Shown here one piece after another: positions 30,668 to 38,810 of a DNA stretch of 63,118 bases (positions within the stretch are counted from its first letter, which is position 1; each line of letters opens with the position of its first letter). A model generated the notes under the pieces. It did no database searches and was not told the DNA's origin. It saw only the letters and a list, made by a program, of their open reading frames with translations. The stretch covers positions 1-63,118 of the forward strand of contig JAGVTS010000199.1 of assembly GCA_019136685.1 (NCBI GenBank), in the 5' to 3' direction. The stretch comes from Bacillota bacterium. GTDB taxonomy: Bacteria > Bacillota > DTU025. Both the position numbers and the translations under genes were made by a program.

Positions 30668-31063
30668 CTAGGTGAGGTTGAACAAGCCCAACATGCGCAG
30701 GCGGTCGTATTCCTTTGCCATAATCTCGCTCATGTCGAGACCCGCTATTGTGCAAAAGGCCGCTACGTAGAAAACCGTTTGCCCCAATTCGGTTTCGAGA
30801 GCTTCTTTGCACTCCGGGCAGAGCTCGCCACTGAGGTGTGAACAGACCAGACGCTTGAGATCCTCCAGTGACACATCTTCGGGGAATTTCTGCCGGTGGG
30901 CCTGGATCTCCAGGCACCCACAGGTCGTGACTGCTTTGGCCATCGCCCGGTTTACCCGCGCGCTGGCTTCCTGGAATTTCGACATTACATCGAGAACGCT
31001 TCGGTGGCGAATCAGGTACTCGCAGACAGAATCCTGGAAGTCGCTACATGAGAGGTCGGCCAA
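30668..31063 (-). CDS. hypothetical cysteine-rich protein (131 aa)
   Basis: Intact ORF with RBS GGAGGTG and a perfect consensus promoter upstream. Several Cys pairs (TTCGC, CPEC). The C-terminal helix ELGQTVFYVAAFCTIAGLD weakly resembles MazG-like NTP pyrophosphohydrolases. Function not assigned. Confidence 0.6.
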   Translation of the reverse strand: MADLSCSDFQDSVCEYLIRHRSVLDVMSKFQEASARVNRAMAKAVTTCGCLEIQAHRQKFPEDVSLEDLKRLVCSHLSGELCPECKEALETELGQTVFYVAAFCTIAGLDMSEIMAKEYDRLRMLGLFNLT

Positions 31064-31123
31064 GAGCGCTCACCTCCAAATCCGGTACACGCAGGTGATA
31101 TGGCCGGGCTGAAGTTCAACTTG

Positions 31124-31152
31124 ATTATACGTTTGGTCCACCGTGTTGTCAA
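31124..31152 (-). promoter_or_regulatory. consensus sigma-A promoter driving the 30668..31063 gene
   Basis: On the minus strand: TTGACA (31152-31147), exactly 17 nt, then TATAAT (31129-31124). Both hexamers are perfect consensus. Confidence 0.6.
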
Positions 31153-31290
31153 TCAGCTGCGGATCAGCGCCTAGATCAGCGAGATTGATGAGACGGGCAA
31201 CGAACTCGTTGCCTCATCAGAAAGTGTACTTGAAATCCGATTCGTTGCCTCACGTAGTACGGTAGTCAAAATGATCCCTCCGTCTCTGGT

Positions 31291-31344
31291 GAGGTAGTGG
31301 TACGCCGACGGGTGGGGGAGGTAGTGGTACGCCGACGGGTGGGG
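31291..31344. repeat. perfect 27-bp tandem duplication
   Basis: GAGGTAGTGGTACGCCGACGGGTGGGG occurs at 31291-31317 and again at 31318-31344. It lies about 80 nt downstream of the transposase stop. Confidence 0.95.
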
Positions 31345-31423
31345 CGAGGCGGACCGCGCTTTCTGTGGCGGGGAGCCGAGGTCCCACCCGTCGATTCGTT
31401 GTTCGAGACCGTACTCCTCCGCC

Positions 31424-32661
31424 CTAGTTCTCCTTGGCCTCTGCAATGTCATCCCAGATCTCTGGCGGGGAGGCCTGGGAGGTCTCTCGGCGGACAGTCT
31501 TGGCCAACTCGGCCTGTAGGTGCGTTATCTGCCTCTTGAGCGATGCTGGGTTGAGCTTCCGGTACTCAGCCTTGAGCATCTCCTTGGCCGTATCCGGGAT
31601 CTCAGGATGAAGCATTGCCCGCTGGTAAGGGGTCTTTGCCTCGTCGTAGCGCCTGGTGACTTTAGAACCGTTCCTCTCTTTGGACGCAAGGGTCATTACC
31701 GGCTGGAAGTAGTTGCTGTATAGCCTCAGCACAGCGTAAAGGCGGTTAAGTAGGTCTGTCTGTTCCTGCGTGTCGTATCTTGCGTATCCAACGGTCACCC
31801 TTACCAGCGACCAGTTCTTCTGTTCAACGTAGCAGGAATCGTTCTTCTTGTTGGGCCGCGACCTTGTGAAAGTGACGCTGTTGGCGCGACAGAACCTGAT
31901 GAAATGGTTGTTGATGAACTCGGACCCGTTATCTGAGTCAATGCCTTTGAGCGCAAAAGGCATGCATTCGATGATGTTCATCAGCGCTTCGAACACCCAG
32001 CGCTGGGCCTTGTTACGGACAGCTCGCGTCTCGGTCCATCTGGTGGCGATATCCACTGCGTCAAGGGTGCAGGCGAACTCGCCTCTGGGATTGCCGCCGT
32101 TATGCTCGACAAGATCGATCTCAATGAACCCGGGCCTGGCGTCGTCCCATTCGGAGAACGTCCTTATGGGAATCTGGCTTTTGAGCAGGCTACCGGGTTT
32201 GGTTCCGGACCGGCCTTTGAGCGCAAACTTCTGGCGGTCGGCCTTCAGAGCTCTGTCGATCGTCGAGGCGCTTATGGTCATCAGCTTGGCTCTGACATCG
32301 TCATCTACGCTGATTTCGCCGTGCCGTTCTAGGATCGGGACTATCTCCGGCAGAAATGGAGCAAGCCTCTTGCCCGACAAGAAGTCCAGGATAGCCCAGA
32401 TTCGCCGAAGCACCTTGATAACATCGGGGCCGTATTTGCGCCTCTGCCAGGCGACGATACCGCGCTCCGAAGAGCTCTGGCGGCCGCTGAACGCGTGTAT
32501 CCGGTGACTGCCACAACGTGAGCTAGCATCTCGGATTTCTGTTTCTTGGAGGCCTTGCCGTAATCGCGCGCGAGTTCGAGGATCATCCCTCTTGCCTGTT
32601 TTCGAGTGAGCGGCACTTCCAGCCCACCTTTCGCCTTCAGATGGGCAAAAGTTCTACTCAT
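31424..32661 (-). pseudogene. DDE/rve transposase, split by a frameshift (N-terminal HTH part and catalytic part in different frames)
   Basis: The N-terminal frame (ATG 32661: MSRTFAHLKAKG...VTGYTRSAAARALR) runs to a stop at 32341. The catalytic frame (track ORF 31424..32413) extends upstream as ...QRRKYGPDVIKVLRRIWAILDF. Catalytic motifs: IEIDLVEH, GIDSDNGSEF, YVEQKNW. The total span of 1238 nt is not a multiple of 3. No slippery heptamer is visible at the frame switch (about 32440-32470). Confidence 0.8.
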
Positions 32662-32719
32662 GTGCCACTCACTTCCTTCAACGACAGTTTTGTTATCTAA
32701 GGCGCTCGAGGAGGAAGTG

Positions 32720-33211
32720 ATGCAGACCATGTTTAGCGTGGGCGATAGAGTGGTCTACCCCATGCATGGAGCTGGGGTGGTTGAGGCCATCGAAGAGCGG
32801 GAAGTCCTCGGGCTGCGGGACAATTACTACATCATGCGTCTACAAGTCGGCGATATGAAGGTGATGGTTCCCCGATCAAACGCTTCGGAAGTGGGCCTGA
32901 GGCCGGTTATTGGGCCTGAGGACATTCCCAGGGTGTACGAGGTGCTCAGCGGGGAGAAAACCGCGATGAGCCAGAACTGGAATCGCAGATACCGTGCGAA
33001 CATGGAGAAGATGAAAACGGGCGATATCTTCTCTGTGGCCGAGGTAGTGCGCAATCTGGGCATCAGGGACAGGGAAAAGGGACTTTCCACTGGTGAGCGC
33101 CGCATGCTCGAGAACGCCAAGCAGATATTGACAAGCGAGATGGCCATGGTGGAGAAGCGATCTAGCGACGAGATATGTCGCACAATCGACTCCATACTCG
33201 ATTCGGCCTAG
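32720..33211 (+). CDS. carD: CarD-family RNA-polymerase-binding transcription factor
   Basis: ORF track 32606..33211, trimmed to ATG 32720, which follows GAGGAGGAAG. MFSVGDRVVYPMHGAGVVEAIEEREVLG is a typical CarD/CdnL N-domain. Confidence 0.9.
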   Translation: MQTMFSVGDRVVYPMHGAGVVEAIEEREVLGLRDNYYIMRLQVGDMKVMVPRSNASEVGLRPVIGPEDIPRVYEVLSGEKTAMSQNWNRRYRANMEKMKTGDIFSVAEVVRNLGIRDREKGLSTGERRMLENAKQILTSEMAMVEKRSSDEICRTIDSILDSA

Positions 33212-33296
33212 GCGGGCCGCCCATTTTCATACTTCACCATCCACTGGAGATACTAGCCTGGAACAGTCGGGTTCAATTGTCGCCGGCTGGAGGGAG

Positions 33297-34415
33297 GTGA
33301 ATCGCTCAGTGCGTCATGTGACCATGCGAGTACTGATGGTTGGGGCCGGGATCGCCATAGGTTTTCTTGTTCATCGGGCCTTCCCGGCTGCCGTGATGGC
33401 GTCCGAGAGCCAGGGCGCCGGGCTCAGGATCATGTTAGGCGCAATGACTGGCGGAGGGCTGATAGGGTTCGCCATCACGCCGCTCTTGCACCAAATGGCC
33501 TCGCGGTTCGGCAAATGTGTGGATTCGGGAGTTCGGAACATCTCGGCGAGCGGGATAATCGCCGGTGCTGTTGGTATGATAGTCGGCCTAATAATAGCTA
33601 ACTTACTTGCCATTCCTATAGCCCTCATACCATCACTGGGCAGCTACGTTGGGATAGCCCTGAACGTCTTTTTCGGCCTGGCCGGAATGGTCATCGGCTC
33701 GCACAAGCGCGAGGAGATAATGTCCATACTGGCGCCGCTGCCGCGCAGCGGCGAACTGGTGCGGTCGGCCGTCGCGCGCGACCGCAGTATGAGGAGTTAT
33801 GCGGGCAAGGCCAAGCCGAAGATACTTGATACGAGCGTCATCATTGACGGGCGCATTGCCGACATTGCCGACAGCGGATTCGTTGAGGGAACGCTTGTCG
33901 TTCCCGGCTTTGTCCTGGAGGAACTTCAGCACATAGCGGATTCTTCCGACGTTCTCAAGCGGAACAGGGGCCGAAGGGGCCTTGATATCCTCAACAGGAT
34001 GCAGAAAGACGGAAACCTCCCCGTCCAGATTGTCGACAGGACTCTCGACGACGCAGAGGTAGACGCCAAACTGATCAGACTCGCTCGCCTAATGGACGCG
34101 ACTATACTGACCAACGACTTCAACCTGAACAAGGTGGCTGAACTCCATGGCGTCGTGGTGCTCAACATCAATGAGCTGGCCAACGCGTTGAAGCCGGTTG
34201 TGCTGCCGGGCGAGGAAATGACCGTCCATGTAGTCAAGGATGGCAAAGAGTCTGGGCAGGGCGTGGCGTATCTCGACGATGGCACTATGGTGGTGGTTGA
34301 CGGGGGAAGGCGCCACATCGGCGACTCGGTCGGAGTACTCGTGACCAGCGTGCTCCAGACCTCTGCGGGCAGGATGATCTTTGCCAAACTCAAGGCCGTC
34401 GACCGCGCCGTGTGA
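33297..34415 (+). CDS. membrane-anchored PIN/TRAM-domain protein (YacL family)
   Basis: 372 aa with N-terminal TM helices, a PIN domain (KILDTSVIIDGRIADI) and a C-terminal TRAM-like beta domain. It occupies the conserved position before ispD. The start is uncertain (33297, 33309 or 33324). Confidence 0.85.
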   Translation: MNRSVRHVTMRVLMVGAGIAIGFLVHRAFPAAVMASESQGAGLRIMLGAMTGGGLIGFAITPLLHQMASRFGKCVDSGVRNISASGIIAGAVGMIVGLIIANLLAIPIALIPSLGSYVGIALNVFFGLAGMVIGSHKREEIMSILAPLPRSGELVRSAVARDRSMRSYAGKAKPKILDTSVIIDGRIADIADSGFVEGTLVVPGFVLEELQHIADSSDVLKRNRGRRGLDILNRMQKDGNLPVQIVDRTLDDAEVDAKLIRLARLMDATILTNDFNLNKVAELHGVVVLNINELANALKPVVLPGEEMTVHVVKDGKESGQGVAYLDDGTMVVVDGGRRHIGDSVGVLVTSVLQTSAGRMIFAKLKAVDRAV

Positions 34416-34430
34416 CCGCACGGGAGGTGT

Positions 34431-35732
34431 ATGTGCATGGTTGCCCGTCGTCCGTGCGCGTCCGCCGTCGTGGCGGCTGCGGGCTCCGGAACACGCATGG
34501 GGGCTGCGGTTCCCAAGCAGTATCTGGATCTTGGCGGCGTGCCGATTGTGGTTCGCTCCATAGCTGCCCTGGCCTCATCGGGGGCTGTGGGCGAGATGGT
34601 GGCGGCTGTGCCGTCAGGCGATGAAGAGCGCTTCGAGAGGGAGATCGTACGACGGTACTCCCTCTCTTCGCTTTTTGAGCGCGGGTGCACCGTGGTGGCG
34701 GGCGGCTCAAGCAGGCAGGCATCGGTGACGCGCGCGCTCGGGGCCGTGTCGGGCGAATATGAGATCGTAGTGGTGCACGATGCGGCGCGCCCTCTGGTCA
34801 CCGCCGGCGAAGTGTGGGCTGCGGTGGAAGCGGCCATGGAATGGGGCGCCGCGACCTGTGCCACTGCACCTACTGACACTGTCAAGAGTGTGATGGCCGC
34901 GACGACGCACCGGGCGGCGCACTTCGTCGCTGAAACGCTGGATCGGTCACGTCTTCGGATGATTCAGACTCCGCAGGCCTTCAAGCTTTCGGTATTGCGC
35001 GAAGCGCATGAGCATTCGAACGCTTCTCCGGCCACGGATGATTGCGCTCTGGTGGAAAGGCTAGGCCTGCCTGTGGCGGTAGTGCCGGGCTCGCGTCGGA
35101 ATATCAAGATCACCAACCCTCTCGATCTGGCAGTGGCCGAGGCGCTACTTGCGTCGGAGTCGAGAGTGGGCGCCGGGGCGGAGGCGAATGCGATGGAGAT
35201 GAGCGGGACGGGAGCGGCGGGCGGATTGGAGCCCCCGACGATACGCCTGGGCCAGGGGTTCGATCTTCACCGGCTGGCGCCCGGCAGACGGCTGGTGCTG
35301 GGGGGGGTCGAGATTCCGGCAAGCCTCGGGCTGGTGGGTCATTCGGATGCGGACGTCCTGACTCATGCCGTGATCGATGCCTTGCTCGGCGCGGCGGGAT
35401 TGGGCGACATCGGTCAGCATTACCCCGACACGGATCCGGCCTATGCAGGGGCTTCAAGTATCTCGCTCCTTTCGCATGCGGTGGACATGCTTCGGGCGGC
35501 AGGGTATCGGGTGTGCAGCCTGGATACGGTGGTCATAGCCGAGCAGCCCAAGATAGGTCCGTTCGCGGCCCATATGCGAGAGTCGCTGGCGAATGCAATG
35601 AAGGTGAGTCCCGGATGTGTTAATATAAAAGGAAAGACCACCGAGGGCCTGGGGCCGACGGGAACGGGCGAGGCTATCGCAGCGCTGGCTGTGGCCATGG
35701 TAATGGATATGCGGGGCGGCGCAGCTGTATAG
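34431..35732 (+). CDS. ispDF: bifunctional IspD/IspF (MEP cytidylyltransferase / MEcPP synthase)
   Basis: 433 aa. N-terminal AAAGSGTRMG (IspD). The C-terminal part starts IRLGQGFDLHRL...GHSDADVLTHA (IspF). An Ala/Gly-rich linker joins them. ATG 34437 is an alternative start. Confidence 0.92.
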   Translation: MCMVARRPCASAVVAAAGSGTRMGAAVPKQYLDLGGVPIVVRSIAALASSGAVGEMVAAVPSGDEERFEREIVRRYSLSSLFERGCTVVAGGSSRQASVTRALGAVSGEYEIVVVHDAARPLVTAGEVWAAVEAAMEWGAATCATAPTDTVKSVMAATTHRAAHFVAETLDRSRLRMIQTPQAFKLSVLREAHEHSNASPATDDCALVERLGLPVAVVPGSRRNIKITNPLDLAVAEALLASESRVGAGAEANAMEMSGTGAAGGLEPPTIRLGQGFDLHRLAPGRRLVLGGVEIPASLGLVGHSDADVLTHAVIDALLGAAGLGDIGQHYPDTDPAYAGASSISLLSHAVDMLRAAGYRVCSLDTVVIAEQPKIGPFAAHMRESLANAMKVSPGCVNIKGKTTEGLGPTGTGEAIAALAVAMVMDMRGGAAV

Positions 35733-35768
35733 AGTGTCGGTGGAGCATTGCGAAGGGAGGCCTGGACG

Positions 35769-37337
35769 ATGGCCTTACGGATCTACAATACCCTCAGCCG
35801 ACGCAAGGAGGACTTCGTCCCTGTCAAGCAGGGCAAGGTGGGTATGTACAGCTGTGGCCCGACGGTTTACGACTACTTCCACATCGGCAACGCACGCGCC
35901 TTCGTGGTGCCTGATGTTATCCGCAGATATCTGCAGTATCGCGGCTACGAAGTGACGCTGGTCCAGAACATCACCGACATAGACGACAAGATCATCCGGC
36001 GGGCCGCTGAGCGAGGCGTGACCACCAACGACGTGGTGAGCCAGTACACGCAGGCTTTCATCGACGACCGTGATGCTCTCGGCATCAAGGCCCCCGACAT
36101 CCAACCTCGCGCCACCGATCACGTGGCGGGGATGATCGAGATGATCAGCGGCCTTATCGATAAAGGGTTAGCCTACGAGCGTAATGGCGATGTCTACTAC
36201 GACGTGTCGCAGTTTGACGAGTACGGTCGTCTGTCTAACCAGAACATCGATGATCTCGTAGCCGGCGCCCGCGTGGACGTAGGGGAATCCAAGGACGATG
36301 CCCTCGACTTCACGCTGTGGAAGGCGGCCAAACCCGGGGAACCGTCATGGCAGAGCCCTTGGGGTCCGGGCCGGCCCGGCTGGCACATCGAATGCAGCGT
36401 GATGTCTACGAAGTATCTTGGCGCCACCTTCGACATACATACCGGCGGGGTGGACCTGGTCTTCCCGCATCACGAGAACGAAGTGGCTCAGAGCCACGGC
36501 GCCAACGGAACGCCTCCGGTCAAGTACTGGGCGCATAACGGGTTCATCAATATCGACGGCCAGCGCATGGGCAAGTCGCTCGGCAACTTCCGAACAGTGC
36601 GCGACATCCTGAAGCAATACCCGGGCAAGGTAGTGCGCTACTTCCTCATATCCAACCACTACCGCAAGCCCATCAACTTCAGCGACGAGGAGCTGCGCAT
36701 GTGCGCCAAGGCTCTCGGGCGCCTGGAGGATGCGGTATCAAATGCCCTGTTTGCACTGGGCATAGGGGCGGGCGCGGGGCCGGATCCTGAGTTGGCGGTA
36801 TGGGATCAAGTCCGCCGGCTGGCGGCGAGCGGTGAGGCAGGCCGGGCAGACTCGGAGAGCGCTGCGGGGAGGCTGGATGCTGCTATCGCGGCTGCCAGAG
36901 CGCAATTTGAGGAGTCAATGGATGACGATTTTAACACTGCCGGCGCCATAGCCGCTCTTCACGAACTGGCCACCGCGATCAACACCTTCGTCAACCAGGA
37001 CATGCAGGGGCAGCGAGAGGTCGCCGAGGCGGAGCGAAGCGCTGCTGCCCGAGCTGTGCTGACCATGATGGAGCTTGGCGATGTGGTGGGCATTATTGAG
37101 CCAGGGTTCATGGAGGCGCAACGCGCAGGCGGCGCCCGGGCGGAACAGGATGGCGAGGGCGGCGAGTCGGGGATAGGCACCGACCGCCTGATCCAGCTGC
37201 TCTTGGACGTAAGGGCCGAAGTTCGCGCTGCGAAGCTGTACCAGGTGTCCGACATGATCCGCGACAGGCTGGGCGAGCTTGGCGTGGTGGTGGAGGATAC
37301 TCGTGACGGGGCGAGGTGGAAGCTTGTCGGGAAGTGA
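35769..37337 (+). CDS. cysS: cysteine--tRNA ligase
   Basis: ORF track 35748..37337, trimmed to ATG 35769, which follows GGGAGG. MALRIYNTLSRRKEDF, HIGNAR (HIGH) and KMGKS (KMSKS) motifs. Confidence 0.95.
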   Translation: MALRIYNTLSRRKEDFVPVKQGKVGMYSCGPTVYDYFHIGNARAFVVPDVIRRYLQYRGYEVTLVQNITDIDDKIIRRAAERGVTTNDVVSQYTQAFIDDRDALGIKAPDIQPRATDHVAGMIEMISGLIDKGLAYERNGDVYYDVSQFDEYGRLSNQNIDDLVAGARVDVGESKDDALDFTLWKAAKPGEPSWQSPWGPGRPGWHIECSVMSTKYLGATFDIHTGGVDLVFPHHENEVAQSHGANGTPPVKYWAHNGFINIDGQRMGKSLGNFRTVRDILKQYPGKVVRYFLISNHYRKPINFSDEELRMCAKALGRLEDAVSNALFALGIGAGAGPDPELAVWDQVRRLAASGEAGRADSESAAGRLDAAIAAARAQFEESMDDDFNTAGAIAALHELATAINTFVNQDMQGQREVAEAERSAAARAVLTMMELGDVVGIIEPGFMEAQRAGGARAEQDGEGGESGIGTDRLIQLLLDVRAEVRAAKLYQVSDMIRDRLGELGVVVEDTRDGARWKLVGK

Positions 37338-37758
37338 GCCCGGCGGGCCGGGCAGGAGTGATGAGCGGCAGGCGGCGGAGGTGTCGCCGCTCGTGCTGGC
37401 GTACGTGGGGGATGCCGTGTGGGAGCTGTTTGTCAGGTCCCGGCTCGTGGCGGAGCGCGGGGCCGACTCGCGAGTGAACGAACTACACGGTCTGGCGAAA
37501 CGAGCGGTGAACGCCGAGTCTCAATCCTCCATGGTTCACCCTCTCATGGAGTATCTTGACGACGATGAGCGAGACGTCGTCAGGCGAGGACGGAATGTGA
37601 GGCCCGGGCATGTCCCCAGGACATCCGGGCCTGCTGATTACCGCTATGCCACTGGCTTTGAGGCTCTCTTGGGGTTCCTCTACTTGACCGGCAGGACTGA
37701 GCGACTGGGCGAGGTGCTGGCTGTGGCGAAGCGCCTTGTGGATGGTGCTGATGATTGA
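37324..37758 (+). CDS. mrnC: Mini-ribonuclease 3
   Basis: ORF track 37279..37758. LAYVGDAVWELFVR motif. The start is uncertain; TTG 37324 was chosen and it overlaps the cysS 3' end. Confidence 0.85.
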   Translation: MSGSEPGGPGRSDERQAAEVSPLVLAYVGDAVWELFVRSRLVAERGADSRVNELHGLAKRAVNAESQSSMVHPLMEYLDDDERDVVRRGRNVRPGHVPRTSGPADYRYATGFEALLGFLYLTGRTERLGEVLAVAKRLVDGADD

Positions 37759-38549
37759 CCGACGCGCAGTGTGACGCGGGGTATGTGATATGGGGGCGAC
37801 GCCCGGTAGCTGAAGCGCTGGAAGCGGGGCGGGACTTCAACCGCATCGTGGTCGCTCGCGGCGGGGCCGATCCCAGGATAGTCGCGATGGCGCGGCGATT
37901 GCGTGTGCCTGTGGTGGAAGTTGACAGGGCTGCCCTGGACCGGATCGTGCGCGAGGCCGGAGGGGGAGCACATCAAGGAGTGGCAGCCTACGTCTCCCCC
38001 ATCAGCTACGTTGAACTAGATGAGCTTGTGCGGAGGGCTCACGATGCGGAGGAGGAGCTCTTCGTGTCGGTTCTGGACGGCATAGAGGATCCGCAGAATT
38101 TGGGCTCGATCATCCGCACGGCGAATGCGGCCGGGGCCCACGGGGTCGTCATTCCGTCGCGGCGGGGATCGCAGGTGAGCCCGGCCGTGGCTGCGGCCTC
38201 TGCCGGCGCGGTGGCGTATACGCCTGTCGCCCGCGTGACCAACCTCACCAGAGGAATCGAGCAGTTGAAGCAAGCGGGCGCCTGGGTGGTCGGCACCGCT
38301 CCCGATGCCGACAGGAGCCTGTTCGAGGCGGACCTGACCGGGCCGATCGCGGTAGTAGTGGGGAATGAGGGCAGAGGAATGTCGCGTTTGGTCGGGGAGG
38401 CATGTGATTTCACAGTCTCCATACCTATGGCAGGGCGCGTAGGTTCTCTCAATGCCGGGGTAGCATGGGCGGTAATGGCGTTCGAGATCGTTCGGCAACG
38501 TGCGGCAAGTCGGGCGCAGTTGGCAGATGAGCGGCAGCCGCCGGAGTGA
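37755..38549 (+). CDS. rlmB: 23S rRNA (guanosine-2'-O)-methyltransferase RlmB (SpoU/TrmH family)
   Basis: 264 aa with a SpoU substrate-binding N-domain. DPQNLGSIIRTA and IPMAGRVGSLNAGVA motifs. It occupies the conserved position after mrnC. Confidence 0.85.
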   Translation: MTDAQCDAGYVIWGRRPVAEALEAGRDFNRIVVARGGADPRIVAMARRLRVPVVEVDRAALDRIVREAGGGAHQGVAAYVSPISYVELDELVRRAHDAEEELFVSVLDGIEDPQNLGSIIRTANAAGAHGVVIPSRRGSQVSPAVAAASAGAVAYTPVARVTNLTRGIEQLKQAGAWVVGTAPDADRSLFEADLTGPIAVVVGNEGRGMSRLVGEACDFTVSIPMAGRVGSLNAGVAWAVMAFEIVRQRAASRAQLADERQPPE

Positions 38550-38597
38550 GGGCCATAAAGAGCTAATTCCGCTGGAAGCTGACGCCGTGCGCCTGGC

Positions 38598-38627
38598 TTG
38601 ACTGGGTCTGATACGCTGGGGTATAAT
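38598..38627 (+). promoter_or_regulatory. candidate sigma-A promoter of sigH
   Basis: TTGACT (38598-38603), an 18-nt spacer, then TATAAT (38622-38627). This leaves a leader of about 180 nt before the sigH start. Confidence 0.5.
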
Positions 38628-38810
38628 GACGATGGTTTCCGGGTCAGCCTCAAGGTTATTCCTACCAGCCAGAATGGAACTTCTCTGTACGCTTATCATG
38701 GCGTTATCAAAGAGATCCAGCATCACAGTCCCACCGGGGGTGATTCATCACAGCCAGCCTTGAGCATAGATGCTCTCCTTTTCAAGCCTTGCTTTCGGGA
38801 GGGGACGTAT

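Larger units (their letters stand above)
31166..32706 (-). mobile_element. insertion sequence with DDE (rve-type) transposase; boundaries approximate
   Basis: Transposase gene at 31424..32661. The short ends AGCGCCTAGAT (31166-31176) and ATCTAAGGCGCT (32695-32706) are inverted (11 identical bases with a 1-nt indel). A TCGTTG core is shared by a 10-nt motif CGTTGCCTCA repeated twice near the left end (31206-31215, 31242-31251) and by an inverted copy near the right end (32679-32684). No target-site duplication was identified. Family not determined. Confidence 0.5.

Noticed and set aside
31291-31344. Direct repeats considered as a possible CRISPR array
   Set aside because: There are only two abutting copies with no spacer between them, and no cas genes in the window. 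It is a simple tandem duplication.
33926-34885. 319-aa minus-strand ORF
   Set aside because: It runs antisense to the PIN/TRAM gene and to ispDF. It has an Ala/Ser/Thr/Pro-rich composition and no motifs.
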